Assembly: GCA_028280285.1 (NCBI GenBank)
Contig: JANQMA010000012.1
Location: forward strand, 24,817 to 88,816
Direction: 5' to 3'
Length of the DNA stretch: 64,000 bases
Source of the DNA: Candidatus Omnitrophota bacterium
Lineage (GTDB): Bacteria > Omnitrophota > Gorgyraeia > Zapsychrales > Zapsychraceae
The notes below the pieces were generated by a model. The model saw nothing but the letters and a program-made list of their open reading frames with translations. It searched no databases and was not told where the DNA came from. The position numbers were made by a program, and so were the translations under genes. The stretch's first letter is position 1. Every line of letters begins with the position of its first letter. Of this stretch, positions 27,278 to 38,152 are shown in pieces.

Positions 27278-27834
27278 AGATAGCGATCTGTATTATTTTT
27301 CTCATTATTGGTTTTACATTTATAGGTATGAAGTATGGAAAACTAAGTACAGCCAACGCGCGTCAGGAGAAAACAATGACAAACGCAGATGGATCAATCG
27401 ATATTTATGATTACGCAACAAAGCAAATCAAAAAAATGAAACCAATCGTTAAAAGTAAAGATGAGTGGCGCAAAGTATTAACGCCGGAACAATATTATAT
27501 TTTGCGTGAAGAAGGAACAGAACGGCCGTTTACGCATCCTTTAAATGACAATAAGAAAAAAGGGGTCTATAAGTCGGCAGCATCCGGTGTTGTCTTATTT
27601 CATTCTGATCAAAAGTTTGAGTCGGGAACGGGTTGGCCGTCTTTTTTCGATGTTGTGGCGAAAGAAAATATCGAACTTAGAGAAGACAATTCACTTTTTA
27701 TGACGCGCATAGAGGTTGTCGATAAAATTAGCGGTTCCCATTTAGGGCATGTGTTTAATGACGGACCGCCGCCAACAGGTTTGCGTTATTGCATTAACGG
27801 GGCGGCGCTTGTCTTTGAAGAAACCACTGAATAA
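27274..27834 (+). CDS. msrB: Peptide-methionine (R)-S-oxide reductase MsrB with an N-terminal membrane anchor
   Basis: The catalytic RYCINGAAL motif and the HLGHVFNDGP motif are present. An N-terminal TM helix precedes the domain. Confidence 0.85.
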   Translation: MKIAICIIFLIIGFTFIGMKYGKLSTANARQEKTMTNADGSIDIYDYATKQIKKMKPIVKSKDEWRKVLTPEQYYILREEGTERPFTHPLNDNKKKGVYKSAASGVVLFHSDQKFESGTGWPSFFDVVAKENIELREDNSLFMTRIEVVDKISGSHLGHVFNDGPPPTGLRYCINGAALVFEETTE

Positions 27835-27836
27835 TA

Positions 27837-29000
27837 ATGGGCGAACAAAGAGCACCGAAGCTCAAAATCAATATTCATCCTGTCGTCGGGCGACACGCTA
27901 CCTGGCTTGAACTTTTCTACGATCTTGTCTACGTTGCCGTTTTGGCTCAACTGACCCATATGTTCATCGAGGATTTTACCTTTGATGGGCTCATGCGTCT
28001 TGTATTTTTATTGGTTGTTGTTTTATGGGCTTGGGCCGGACACACGATGTATTCTAACCGCTTTGACATGGATGATAGTGTCCATCGGATTTTAACATTT
28101 TTGCAGATGTTTCTTGCACTTCTTTTGGCTGTGTTTATTACGCATGCCTTCGATGAGACAGCGAACGCATTTGCCATGACCTATTTCGGTATTCGTTTTT
28201 TGTATGTTCTGAGTTATCTACGAATTATTTCTTACCATAAAAATTTAGCTAAACCGCTTATGCCGGTGATTCTTGGCTTTGGTTTCGAGTGCTTACTCTG
28301 GATTATTTCTATTTATGTCCCAACGCCATTTAAATTTCTTGTTTGGGCGGAAGCTATTATTATTTCTCTATATGTGCCGCGTTTAGGTATTAAAGGGTTT
28401 GAAAAGGCTCCGGTTCATCCCGAACATTTACCGGAACGTCTCGGATTATTCGTTATTGTTGTTTTGGGAGAGTCGATTGTTGCGGTGGTTACGGGTATTT
28501 CCCATATTCAATGGCATGTGGTCGAGTTAGTGACGGCGGTTTCTGGTTTTGTACTGGCTGTCAGTATTTGGTGGTTATACTTTGAGTTTTTAGAGCGGTT
28601 TATTGTCGGGGAGAAGATGCGTACCGGGCATATGTATTTGTACGGGCACATTCCTCTTTATATAGGACTCACTCTTCTGGCGGTAGGGATCGGACAGATT
28701 ATTTTAAGTGAACCATGGGTTCCCCAACAGGAGATTCGCTCGACGATTTGTGTAGGGCTTTTGCTTTTTCTCGCTCCCCTTGCTTATTGGCGGTCTACCC
28801 GCATACCTTTTCACGAGATGTTTAAAGTTATGTTGCCCGACTTTATCATGCTGGTGGGTATTGTGGTTATCTTTTTTTGTAATGAGTTTTGGACACCTTC
28901 GGTATTTTCGGCTGTCTGTGCGACAATATTCCTGATTTATGTTGTGCAAAAACATAACTGTTGTTACTCTAAAGAGCGATTAAAGCGTAAAAGAATGTGA
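27837..29000 (+). CDS. Low temperature requirement protein A (LtrA) family membrane protein
   Basis: N-terminal WLELFYDLVYVAVLAQL signature and about 10 TM helices. Confidence 0.65.
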   Translation: MGEQRAPKLKINIHPVVGRHATWLELFYDLVYVAVLAQLTHMFIEDFTFDGLMRLVFLLVVVLWAWAGHTMYSNRFDMDDSVHRILTFLQMFLALLLAVFITHAFDETANAFAMTYFGIRFLYVLSYLRIISYHKNLAKPLMPVILGFGFECLLWIISIYVPTPFKFLVWAEAIIISLYVPRLGIKGFEKAPVHPEHLPERLGLFVIVVLGESIVAVVTGISHIQWHVVELVTAVSGFVLAVSIWWLYFEFLERFIVGEKMRTGHMYLYGHIPLYIGLTLLAVGIGQIILSEPWVPQQEIRSTICVGLLLFLAPLAYWRSTRIPFHEMFKVMLPDFIMLVGIVVIFFCNEFWTPSVFSAVCATIFLIYVVQKHNCCYSKERLKRKRM

Positions 29001-29095
29001 TTATCGTTTATCGGTTTTGAGGCGCGTTACGTCCTTCGACCTTTGTCTGTTGAATCGTGTCTTTAAACTGGCTGTGGAACATAAAATTTTAATAT

Positions 29096-30073
29096 ATGAG
29101 AATAAAACAGTCGTTTTTGATTAAATTTATGTGCATCATCAGTATGGTGCTGTGTCTGCCGCGGTTAAGCGTCGCCGAAATATTCGTTCCGCAAAGAGAA
29201 GAGACGCTTTTGGTTATCGGTCAGGATAAGGATAATCTTATCGCTTATATTGATGAGATGAGAACGATCCCGGCGGGGTTTATGTTTTATACATCAATCC
29301 AGGTTACCGATGGTCTTTTTGAGCCGGCACCGGACAGAGGGGCGGGCATTCAGCATGCCCAGTATTTTATCGAGAATTATCCCAACACGGTTGTGCAGTT
29401 GGGGCTTTATATGGTCGGGGCATTGGACGATACTGTGCGAGGTGTTTATGATGCAAACATTGATAAGTTAGCCAAGTGGATTAAACAGACGCAAAGGCCG
29501 GTTTATTTGCGCATCGGCTATGAGTTTGATTTGTCGGAAAATGGGTATGATTCAGAAAAATATATTAAGGCGTTCCGGTATGTTGTTGACTATTTAAGAG
29601 AAAACAATGTAACTAATGCCAATTATGTCTGGCATTCGTATGGGTATATTAATCCTGGCAAATTGCCGCAGCAGTGGTATCCAGGAGATGAATATGTTGA
29701 TTGGATTGGCGTGTCTTATTTTAATGCATTTAATAAGTGGAATATAGATTATGTGCAACGGTTTGCGACTGGACGGCAAAAACCGTTTATGATTGCTGAG
29801 GCAACGCCTTATCGCATCGGCGTTGAAGGGGGTAAGGACTCTTGGAAAAGATGGTACCGGCACTTTTTTGCATTTATCGAAGAAAATAATGTGAGAATGG
29901 TTTCTTACATTAGTGCGGACTGGAATAAATTGTCTATGTTCCGTGAAGAACAGTGGGGGGATTCGCGTGTCTATATGGACCGTAGCGTTAAGAAAAGCTG
30001 GCGTAAAGAAATTAAAAAGAAACGTTATTTACTTTCGTCCGAGGAGTTGTTTCAAAAACTGAACTATGAATGA
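29096..30073 (+). CDS. Secreted putative glycoside hydrolase (TIM-barrel, GH26/GH113-like)
   Basis: Signal peptide present. A YLRIGYEFD segment resembles the catalytic-acid region of mannanase-like GH families. The family assignment is tentative. Confidence 0.4.
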   Translation: MRIKQSFLIKFMCIISMVLCLPRLSVAEIFVPQREETLLVIGQDKDNLIAYIDEMRTIPAGFMFYTSIQVTDGLFEPAPDRGAGIQHAQYFIENYPNTVVQLGLYMVGALDDTVRGVYDANIDKLAKWIKQTQRPVYLRIGYEFDLSENGYDSEKYIKAFRYVVDYLRENNVTNANYVWHSYGYINPGKLPQQWYPGDEYVDWIGVSYFNAFNKWNIDYVQRFATGRQKPFMIAEATPYRIGVEGGKDSWKRWYRHFFAFIEENNVRMVSYISADWNKLSMFREEQWGDSRVYMDRSVKKSWRKEIKKKRYLLSSEELFQKLNYE

Positions 30074-30746
30074 GCCGATCGGGGTCACCCAAATTTTTAA
30101 AACTGCTGTAGAATTATACAAAAGAAACTTCAAGATTTTTATTTCTATTAGTCTGCTTTTTGCGGTTACAACAGTTGGTTTGTCTAAAGTTCTCAATGTT
30201 CAGAATAATGGTGGTCCTGCGGAATTTATATTTTTTCTTTTATCTACCATTGTCTCTAGTTGGTTCTCCATGGCGCTTATGTACACGAGTGTTTTTTTAC
30301 TTCAGGGTAAGAAAGTTGACTTTACACAGGTACTGAGGCTTCCGCAAGAGAGATATTTTTACTATTTGATTGTTAACGGCATTTTGGTGGTTATGGTCAT
30401 GTGCGGGTTATTTTTGTTTATTGTGCCTGGCATTTATTTGGCTATTATTTATAATTTTTCGTCTACGTTATGTGTTCTTGAAAAAACAGATCTTAGGACA
30501 TCATTTCTTAAAAGCACGTTTCTTGTGAAAGGCTATTTTTTTAATATACTCGGATTTTTTATGATCATTGCTGCCTTGGTTTTTACACCCGAGATGCTGA
30601 TTATGCCGCTTAAAGAAAACAATCCTTCCATTGCGCTTGCCATAGGACGGATTTTAGCGACGCTTGTCTTACCGGTTGTGATGATCAGCCAGGTCGGTCT
30701 TTATTTGAGAATGACTGAACTTAAAAAACATATGTTAGGGGCCTAA
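30066..30746 (+). CDS. Integral membrane protein, hypothetical
   Basis: About 6 TM helices. No motif recognised. Confidence 0.45.
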   Translation: MNEPIGVTQIFKTAVELYKRNFKIFISISLLFAVTTVGLSKVLNVQNNGGPAEFIFFLLSTIVSSWFSMALMYTSVFLLQGKKVDFTQVLRLPQERYFYYLIVNGILVVMVMCGLFLFIVPGIYLAIIYNFSSTLCVLEKTDLRTSFLKSTFLVKGYFFNILGFFMIIAALVFTPEMLIMPLKENNPSIALAIGRILATLVLPVVMISQVGLYLRMTELKKHMLGA

Positions 30747-32050
30747 TGGGCGAACAATCTTTCAGTGTTTCACAACTTAATTATTTGATCAAAGATTCGA
30801 TCAACGGGTGTTTTCCGCATCTTGTGTGGGTGACGGGGGAAATCCAGGGATTTGACCGCAATAAAAATAAAAGCCATGTTTTCTTTGAACTTGTCGAGAA
30901 AGACAAGGGTTCGCATGAAATAAAGGCCAAGATTGGTTTGGTTATCTTTGCCGGGAAGAAGGCTGTGATTGCCGATACTTTAAGAAGAAGCGAGAATGCC
31001 TTTGTCCTTAAAGATGATATTGAAGTGAAGTTTGCCTGCAAGGTCGATTTTTATCCGCCCCACGGAGCGATGCGTTTGATTGTTGAGAGCATTGATCCGG
31101 TACATACGCTTGGTAAAGTTGCACAACAGCGTCAGAAGCTGATTGCTGATTTGAAAAAAGCAGGAACACTTGAGAAAAACAAACAATTGAGTCTGCCACG
31201 GGTGCCGCTTAAAATCGGTCTTGTGACATCGCATGACTCGGCGGCGTATAATGATTTTGTTGACGAGATTGAGGATAGTGGGCTGAGCTTTTCTATTATT
31301 GTGCGCAATACCTTGATGCAGGGGGCTAAAACAGAAAGTGATGTGTGTCAGGCGATCGATGAGCTGCAAAAGATTAAAGGGCTTGATGTGATTGTCATTA
31401 CACGCGGGGGCGGATCGATTGCTGATTTAAGCTGGTTTGATTCGAAAAAAATAGCTGAGAAAATAGCTGTCGCAAGGGTGCCTGTTTTCAGCGGCATTGG
31501 TCATGAAATCAATTCGACTATTGTTGATTTAGCCGGCCACACGTATGCTAAGACCCCGACAGCGATTGCGCAAGTTTTGGTTGACCGTGTAAATATATTT
31601 TTAGAACGACTTGATGAGTTGCAAGAACGCCTGGTAGAGTTGACCGAAGATTATTTTGATCGTCAGCGCACCCGCTTAAAGGATAGAGCGGAACGTTTAA
31701 AATATGGAACCCAAACGTTTCTTAAAGATCACAATGAATTCTTAGTTAAAGTCCGGGAGAATTTGCGTCTGCGTCCAATGGCAGTACTTAAACAGCAGCG
31801 ATTAGCTGTTGCATTGCTTACGCGAGGAGTGAAAAAAAATGCTTTGGATTTTACACAAGATACTCGTCGTCGACTTAGAAATATTGAAAAGGTGATGCAG
31901 GCGTATTCACTGGAAAAAACGTTAAAGCGGGGTTTTAGTATTACGCGAAGTAAAGACGGTAAGGTGGTGCGGGAGACGAAGGCTGTTAAAAAGGGGGATG
32001 AGTTGAGAACGCAGGTGGCGGTGGGAGAGATAATAAGTGAGGTGAAATAA
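30746..32050 (+). CDS. xseA: Exodeoxyribonuclease VII large subunit
   Basis: N-terminal OB fold (VSQLNYLIKDSINGCFPHLVWVTGEIQGF) and a catalytic core with a coiled-coil tail. It is followed by xseB. Confidence 0.85.
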   Translation: MGEQSFSVSQLNYLIKDSINGCFPHLVWVTGEIQGFDRNKNKSHVFFELVEKDKGSHEIKAKIGLVIFAGKKAVIADTLRRSENAFVLKDDIEVKFACKVDFYPPHGAMRLIVESIDPVHTLGKVAQQRQKLIADLKKAGTLEKNKQLSLPRVPLKIGLVTSHDSAAYNDFVDEIEDSGLSFSIIVRNTLMQGAKTESDVCQAIDELQKIKGLDVIVITRGGGSIADLSWFDSKKIAEKIAVARVPVFSGIGHEINSTIVDLAGHTYAKTPTAIAQVLVDRVNIFLERLDELQERLVELTEDYFDRQRTRLKDRAERLKYGTQTFLKDHNEFLVKVRENLRLRPMAVLKQQRLAVALLTRGVKKNALDFTQDTRRRLRNIEKVMQAYSLEKTLKRGFSITRSKDGKVVRETKAVKKGDELRTQVAVGEIISEVK

Positions 32051-32142
32051 TAAAGTGATTTGGGATTGGTGCTTGATGGTTGGTTTTAAAACCAATCACA
32101 AACCACCAGCCGCCGATCACGCAATCAATAAAGGAGTCGTAA

Positions 32143-32340
32143 GTGCCAGAAATCAAATATTCAAAATCTATCGAGAAGCTTGAGAAAATTATCGAAAATA
32201 TTGAAAACGAAGAGATTGATGTCGATGAGTTAGCCAAACAAGTCAAAGAAGCGGTGGGTTTGATCAAAACCTGTAAAGATAAAATTACCAAGGCGGAAAC
32301 GGAGGTCAAGAATGTGGTCGATGCTTTGGAGGATGAATAA
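32143..32340 (+). CDS. xseB: Exodeoxyribonuclease VII small subunit
   Basis: A 65-aa helical protein (SIEKLEKIIENIENEEIDVDEL). SD AAAGGAG lies 7 nt before GTG 32143. Confidence 0.8.
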   Translation: MPEIKYSKSIEKLEKIIENIENEEIDVDELAKQVKEAVGLIKTCKDKITKAETEVKNVVDALEDE

Positions 32341-32343
32341 GTT

Positions 32344-33591
32344 TTGAACTTATCTAATTTCCTCAAGACATTAGGCCCAGGCCTAATCTTCGCCGGGACC
32401 TGTATTGGTGTTTCTCACCTCGTGCAATCCACAAGGGCCGGGGCGAATTACGGTTTTATCATGCTGTGGTTTGTCATTGCCGCCAACATCTTTAAATTTC
32501 CTTTTTTTGAATTTGCCCCGCGTTATGTTCAGGCGACGGATAATAACTTGCTCGTCGGGTACAAAAAGGTTGGGAACTGGGCGTTTTATTTATTTTTTAT
32601 TCTTTCGCTTTTGACCATGTTTCCGATTCAGGCAGCGGTAACGCTTATTTGCACAGGGCTGTTTGTCAATTTGTTTGGTTGGCCGTTTGATCATGTTTAC
32701 ATGGTGGCGTTGATTCTTGCGATTTGTTGTACGATTCTTCTTTTAGGTCGATATCCGCTGCTGGATAAATTAATGAAGGCGATGATTTTGTTCCTCGGTA
32801 TTTCAACGATTATTGCGCTCGGGGCAGCGATCATTAAAGGTGGTGCGGCGCAGCCAGAATTCAGTAATAAATTTGTCTGGGATGGTGTCGGTGTGGCTTT
32901 TCTTGTTGCTCTTATGGGTTGGATGCCGACGACCATGGAGATCGGTGTCTGGCATTCGTTCTGGACGGCCGAGCGCGCTAAACAAACCGGTTACAAACCA
33001 ACACTTAAAGAAGTGCTTCTCGATTTTCATATCGGTTATTGGGGAACAATGGTGATGGCGGTGTTTTTTGTTTCTCTGGGCGCACTGGTTATGTATGGGA
33101 CTGGCGCGACATTTAGTAATTCGGCAGCGGGCTTTACGGGGCAAGTGATTGAACTTTATACTAAGTCACTCGGCAGTTGGAGCCATTGGGTGATTGGTAT
33201 TGCGGCCGCGACCACGATGTTTTCAACGACGATTTGTTGTTTGGATGCCTTCCCGCGTGTGTTTCGCGAGGCTGTGATCATCATTAATCCGCAAATGGTA
33301 AAAAAAAAGGATATGTTATATTTGGTCTGGATATTACTCGTGGCGGCTGTTTCGGTTCTTATTATTGGAAAGTTTTTGTATCGCATTAAGGTGCTTGTTG
33401 ATTTTGCCACTATTCTTGCCTTTTTGGCAACACCGGTTTTTGCTTTTATTAATTTAAGAACAGTGACGGATCAACATGTTCCAGAAGACAAACGTCCATC
33501 TAAAGGACTCATTGCTTTTAGTTGGCTGTGCATTTTGCTTTTAGCCGGCTTCGGTCTGTTTTTCCTCTATTGGCGATTTGTACTAACATAA
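32344..33591 (+). CDS. Nramp-related divalent metal cation transporter family protein
   Basis: The GPGLIFAGTCIGVSHLVQSTRAGANYGF N-terminal motif resembles the Nramp GPG/DPGN region. There are 11-12 TM helices. Confidence 0.5.
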   Translation: MNLSNFLKTLGPGLIFAGTCIGVSHLVQSTRAGANYGFIMLWFVIAANIFKFPFFEFAPRYVQATDNNLLVGYKKVGNWAFYLFFILSLLTMFPIQAAVTLICTGLFVNLFGWPFDHVYMVALILAICCTILLLGRYPLLDKLMKAMILFLGISTIIALGAAIIKGGAAQPEFSNKFVWDGVGVAFLVALMGWMPTTMEIGVWHSFWTAERAKQTGYKPTLKEVLLDFHIGYWGTMVMAVFFVSLGALVMYGTGATFSNSAAGFTGQVIELYTKSLGSWSHWVIGIAAATTMFSTTICCLDAFPRVFREAVIIINPQMVKKKDMLYLVWILLVAAVSVLIIGKFLYRIKVLVDFATILAFLATPVFAFINLRTVTDQHVPEDKRPSKGLIAFSWLCILLLAGFGLFFLYWRFVLT

Positions 33592-33683
33592 TTTCGCTTT
33601 GAACTCTGCCTATTTGAAACGGACATTGGTCGAGAACATAAAATGAAGGTTTTAAAAATTTTTATTAAACGTAAGGATATGCA

Positions 33684-34691
33684 ATGGAAAAACAGACAAT
33701 AATAGTTATTCCCGGCGACGGAATTGGACCAAGTATTGTTGAGGCAACGGTTAATGTGCTTGATGCACTCGGGTGCGCATTTGAATACGTGCATTGTGAT
33801 GCCGGACTTGCGGCGGTTGAAAAAGGCGAAGACCTTATCCCGCAAAACACATTGGATTTAATTGCCGCACACAAAGTGGCACTCAAAGGACCGATCACAA
33901 CTCCCGTGGGAGAGGGTTTTAGTTCGATCAATGTTGCGTTGCGTAAGACCTTTGAGTTGTATGCAAACGTGCGTCCGGTGATTACGTTTGTCGGGACAAA
34001 ATCACGTTTTGAGGACATTGATATCATTACGATTCGTGAGAACACAGAGGGTATGTATTCGGGCGAAGGCCAGACGCTCAGTGACGGGGGGGAATATGCC
34101 GAGGCCATGAGTGTTGTAACCAGAGAAGGCTCCGCGCGTGTGCTCAAGTTTGCCTACGAATTGGCCCGCAAAAAGGGGCGTAAAAAAATCACGGTGGTCC
34201 ACAAAGCAAATATCCTTAAAACAACCTCCGGCCTTTTTCTTGATACGGCACGTGAGGTTGCCAAGGAGTATACGGATATTGAATCAACGGAGATGATTGT
34301 GGATAATTGCTGCATGCAGTTGGTGATGAATCCGCATCAGTTTGATATGATTGTCACCACGAATCTTTTTGGGGATATTATTTCTGATTTATGTGCTGGC
34401 CTTGTCGGTGGGCTTGGGATGGCGCCGGGGGCCAATATCGGGGATAAGGCGGCCATTTTTGAAGCGGTGCACGGCAGCGCGCCGGACATTGCCGGGCAAA
34501 ATATTGCCAATCCCACGTCGATCATGCTGGCTGCGGCATTAATGCTCGATTATTTGGGGATGCCGGATAAGGCGGATAAGCTGCGCACGGCACTGCGTCT
34601 GACGATTGAAGATGAGCGCTCACGCACGCGGGATTTGGGAGGCACGTCTGGCACAACGGAATTTACCGAGGCCGTGATCGCGCATTTTTAA
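33684..34691 (+). CDS. Isocitrate/isopropylmalate dehydrogenase family enzyme (335 aa; NAD-IDH / homoisocitrate DH-like)
   Basis: The family signature [27 protein letters not shown] is present. SD AAGGA precedes ATG 33684. Confidence 0.75.
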   Translation: MEKQTIIVIPGDGIGPSIVEATVNVLDALGCAFEYVHCDAGLAAVEKGEDLIPQNTLDLIAAHKVALKGPITTPVGEGFSSINVALRKTFELYANVRPVITFVGTKSRFEDIDIITIRENTEGMYSGEGQTLSDGGEYAEAMSVVTREGSARVLKFAYELARKKGRKKITVVHKANILKTTSGLFLDTAREVAKEYTDIESTEMIVDNCCMQLVMNPHQFDMIVTTNLFGDIISDLCAGLVGGLGMAPGANIGDKAAIFEAVHGSAPDIAGQNIANPTSIMLAAALMLDYLGMPDKADKLRTALRLTIEDERSRTRDLGGTSGTTEFTEAVIAHF

Positions 34692-34762
34692 TGCCGTGTA
34701 TGATTTATTCTGCTCAAATTTTTCTTTTAAATATGGAATAGGAATGCTATCATTTGGACTCT

Positions 34763-34836
34763 GCGCCCGTAGATCAACTGGATAGATCATCAGTCTTCGG
34801 AACTGAGGGTTGGGGGTTCGAATCCCTCCGGGCGCG
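34763..34836 (+). tRNA. tRNA-Arg (anticodon TCG)
   Basis: It folds by hand into a cloverleaf: acceptor GCGCCCG/CGGGCGC, D stem GATC/GATC, anticodon stem TCAGT/ACTGA with loop CTTCGGA, and T stem GGGGG/CCCTC with loop TTCGAAT. CCA is not encoded. Confidence 0.8.
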
Positions 34837-34845
34837 TTTTCTATT

Positions 34846-36426
34846 ATGAATTTTATTAAATTACAAAAAGAGCAGATATTTTTTTGTCTTGTTTTTTTCT
34901 TCATCGCTGCGATCAATTTGCTCATCTATTATCCGTCCTTCTTTCATATCCCGCGGTCTGATCAGCTTATTTACCTTGCCAACACCGCCGACCAAAAGGA
35001 TTGGTTGAGTTTGGCTTTTTCCCATTATGGATATGATCGCGTTGAACATTATTTCTGGGGATGGGATGCGCGCCTTTTCCGTCCCATGTTCTTTTTTATT
35101 TTAGGGACGATGAAGTATTTGTTTCACTATGACTTTGTTCTCTGGCAGGTGACTGTCTTTGTTTTTCATTTATTTGTGCAGTGGCATTTGCTTAAGCTGC
35201 TTGCACGTTTTGGGTCATTGGTTCTTGGCGGCTGCTTAACGCTTTGGTTTTCTTCTTTGATTGCCGGTATTGAAATGGTGACATGGCACCACATCGGTCC
35301 ATATCTGATTTTTGTAAGCCTTATTTTAATGGCACTCGACTGCATTTTTGAAATCATACAATCACAAAAAATAACGTCCAAAAAGCTTATCAAACTCACA
35401 CTATTTTTATTGATTGCCTGTTTTATTTATGAAATTGGGTGTATCTTGGGTGGAATATTTTTTCTTTCAATTATGGCCCTTTATTTTAGATTTAAAAAAG
35501 AGGGTAAAGAGCTGCCGCCGGTCATGATGGCCTTTTGTGTTTTGCTGCCAAGCATCTTTTATGTATTTACGTATTTTTTCGATTTATACATACGCAAAAC
35601 GGATTTTATTCAGGCGGTGGACACGGCCGATGCGTTTGATATTTTAAAAACAATGAAAGCATTCTTTTTCACTTTATGGTGGATGATTTATACAGGTAAT
35701 TTTGCTGCATTTGTCGATATTAAAGTTCTTCAGCGCACCATTTTTAAAGTGACCGGCTTTCATCAGTTTCAATATTTTATGAATCTGACGACTCTTTTAA
35801 AGGTCTACATGATTGCTGTTCTTAGTTTGTGGGTGAGTGGATTATGGATGATTGTGGGCAGTATTGTGAAGGGGGCCTTGAAGAAAAGATGGTTATTTTT
35901 GCTTATCCTGTTTTCTGCGGTTTTTATTCAGATATTCATTATTATTATTGGACGCACCAATTTAAGCGGGCTTCTACCGACACTGATTAATAATTCCTAT
36001 TATGGGTATTTTGTGTGGATTTATTTGGTTGTCTTGATTGGTTTTTTAACGGCAGAATATTGGAGGACCTTAAACAAATTTAATCCAGCCAAAATTATTA
36101 CTGCTTTTTTGATTTTTGGTATTGTTGGGGTCAATGGTAAAATAGTCTATGATGCTAATAAACAGCGTGCACACAATGAGAAAATCAGGTATCATTTGAT
36201 AAAACAGGTAAGGGTTCTTGAAAAGGAGTTTGGGGAGAACTTTTCTTTTGGGATTCAACCGATTATGTCGCCACCCATGACATGGGTTAAACCCAAGACA
36301 GGTAAAGGAGAAAAAGAGTTTAAATACCTGGAGCTGCTTTATCCGCGTCAATTTGATTTTTTTAATCCTCAATATGTTTTTGTTTTGACTCCAGATGGAA
36401 CCATTATGAGAGGAAAGCGGTATTAA
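34846..36426 (+). CDS. Polytopic membrane protein (~526 aa), hypothetical
   Basis: At least 12 TM helices. The start is set at MNFIKLQ because the ORF-track start at 34810 overlaps the tRNA. Confidence 0.45.
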   Translation: MNFIKLQKEQIFFCLVFFFIAAINLLIYYPSFFHIPRSDQLIYLANTADQKDWLSLAFSHYGYDRVEHYFWGWDARLFRPMFFFILGTMKYLFHYDFVLWQVTVFVFHLFVQWHLLKLLARFGSLVLGGCLTLWFSSLIAGIEMVTWHHIGPYLIFVSLILMALDCIFEIIQSQKITSKKLIKLTLFLLIACFIYEIGCILGGIFFLSIMALYFRFKKEGKELPPVMMAFCVLLPSIFYVFTYFFDLYIRKTDFIQAVDTADAFDILKTMKAFFFTLWWMIYTGNFAAFVDIKVLQRTIFKVTGFHQFQYFMNLTTLLKVYMIAVLSLWVSGLWMIVGSIVKGALKKRWLFLLILFSAVFIQIFIIIIGRTNLSGLLPTLINNSYYGYFVWIYLVVLIGFLTAEYWRTLNKFNPAKIITAFLIFGIVGVNGKIVYDANKQRAHNEKIRYHLIKQVRVLEKEFGENFSFGIQPIMSPPMTWVKPKTGKGEKEFKYLELLYPRQFDFFNPQYVFVLTPDGTIMRGKRY

Positions 36427-36530
36427 TTTTTTAATTTCTTGCTTCAGACTTTTTTAGAAATATGCGATACTAATAAAAATAATAACCGATTCTTTTTTGT
36501 ATCTTTAGTGGGTGTTGTGTAAGTAAAAAT

Positions 36531-37103
36531 ATGGCTATTGAGAAATTCGACAATGAACTGGTTGAAAAGGCCATCGTTGAAACAGCTAAAGAAATGTTTC
36601 AGGTGATGCCAAACCCTCCGATGACTAATGATCCTGTTACTGAGATTTGTGATGTTATTGAATACAAGGGACGGATGCGTATTACCAGTTTTGATAAATT
36701 CCAGGCATCGAGTTTTGTTACGGCCGTCAGCTTTTATGGCGATGAGGACAACCTTAAGGAAGAGAAAAACGCACGGGCCACATTAACTGTCAGTGTTAAA
36801 GAAGAGGAGGCGGTGCGGCTACTCACCGGGATTGGTCAGAAAGATTTTGATGAAGAAGACGCAGAGGCTGTGCTTGAGGAGTGCGGCAAGCTCTCTGTGG
36901 CTTTTGCAGAAAAATTTCAGACACATCTAAGTAAATCCGGTTATATGAAATTTGTTATGTCGGAGCCGATCAAAACAAAAAACTCTATTCCCCAAGGTGT
37001 TAACTTTCCATTTAAGATGTATAAGTATTTAGAGGTTCAATTCGAACTTTGGCGTAATATCTGCTTTATTGTCAGCGCTGTTGTTGATCCCACGGCGAAG
37101 TAA
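36531..37103 (+). CDS. Hypothetical protein (190 aa)
   Basis: An intact ORF with good coding potential. A weak resemblance to CheX-like folds cannot be supported from sequence alone. Confidence 0.4.
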   Translation: MAIEKFDNELVEKAIVETAKEMFQVMPNPPMTNDPVTEICDVIEYKGRMRITSFDKFQASSFVTAVSFYGDEDNLKEEKNARATLTVSVKEEEAVRLLTGIGQKDFDEEDAEAVLEECGKLSVAFAEKFQTHLSKSGYMKFVMSEPIKTKNSIPQGVNFPFKMYKYLEVQFELWRNICFIVSAVVDPTAK

Positions 37104-37116
37104 AGACCTCCATAGG

Positions 37117-37182
37117 GTTTAATGTTTAATGTGCAATGTTTAATCAGGTTTTTTAAACGTTAAACTTTAAACATTAAACAGA
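37117..37182. repeat. AT-rich intergenic inverted-repeat family, copy 3
   Basis: Sequence is gtttaatgtttaatgtgcaatgtttaatc...aaacgttaaactttaaacattaaacag. Confidence 0.55.
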
Positions 37183-37191
37183 TTTTGTCTT

Positions 37192-38010
37192 TTATTTCAA
37201 CATCATCTCACTCCCACACTGATGGGCGATGTTTTCATCAATGGTGAATGTTTGCAGGCTATAGCCGGCCAAGAGCATGCGGCTGGCAATCAGGTTGATT
37301 ATGCGCGGGATGCCTCCTGTTAGACGGTGCACGGCATCTAGGGCATCATCTGTGAACTGCGGGAAGTCTTCATGTGTTTGGATTGAACGTGCGGTTTGAA
37401 TGCGGTGATTGATGTAGGCCTTTGTATTTTCAAGGTTAAAAGCCGACAGGTAAAATCTGAGGGTAATCCGTTGATCAATTTGGCGTAATGCTGTGCCTTG
37501 TAATTTATCAAATAAATCGGCCTGTCCACATAAAATAATTTGTATCAGCTTATCCTTTTCGGTTTCAAGGTTGGATAAAAGACGCAGCTGCTCAAGTTTC
37601 TGAGTATGCAGTTTTTGTGCTTCATCCACAATGAGAAGAATATTACGTCCTTTTTTGCTTTCATTCAGGAAAAAGTAGTTGAGGTGCTCGATGGCATCAT
37701 ATTTATTGTGACAGGGCTCCTCAATACCGAGTTTTTGCGCAATTGTCTTCAAGAGTTCAAGGTCTGACAAATCCGGGTTTAATATTAATATAGTTTCAGT
37801 TGAGTCATCGCACTTGTCTATCAACAGCTTGCATAAGGTTGTTTTGCCCGAACCCACATCACCGGTTAGAAGCATAAGCCCTTTGCGCTCTTTAATGCCG
37901 TAGCTTAGGTGAGAGAGGGCCTTTTCATGTTGTTCGCTGGGGTAGTAAAATTTTTTATCGGCGGTTTCTCTAAATGGATCTATTGTTAAATGGTAGAAGT
38001 CTGTGTACAT
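37192..38010 (-). CDS. ExeA/GspA-like AAA ATPase
   Basis: N-terminal DPF motif (FYHLTIDPF), Walker A LTGDVGSGKTTL and Walker B LLIVDEAQ. Size and order match COG3267 ExeA-type proteins. It lacks a peptidoglycan-binding domain. Confidence 0.65.
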   Translation of the reverse strand: MYTDFYHLTIDPFRETADKKFYYPSEQHEKALSHLSYGIKERKGLMLLTGDVGSGKTTLCKLLIDKCDDSTETILILNPDLSDLELLKTIAQKLGIEEPCHNKYDAIEHLNYFFLNESKKGRNILLIVDEAQKLHTQKLEQLRLLSNLETEKDKLIQIILCGQADLFDKLQGTALRQIDQRITLRFYLSAFNLENTKAYINHRIQTARSIQTHEDFPQFTDDALDAVHRLTGGIPRIINLIASRMLLAGYSLQTFTIDENIAHQCGSEMMLK

Positions 38011-38152
38011 GGTGTGTATTTTAGCACAGATAAAAGGCGACGGGCACTTTTTTCAAAAAAGTGACCGTCGCCCTTTATCCTATTGACTTAGCTTCTCTGC
38101 GCGATATAATGACACTATACTATAACCCTTTTATTTTCATTAACTTTCACAC

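Noticed and set aside
34810-34845. ORF-track start of the 538-aa membrane protein at 34810
   Set aside because: It overlaps the tRNA-Arg gene (34763-34836). The start was moved to the internal Met at 34846.
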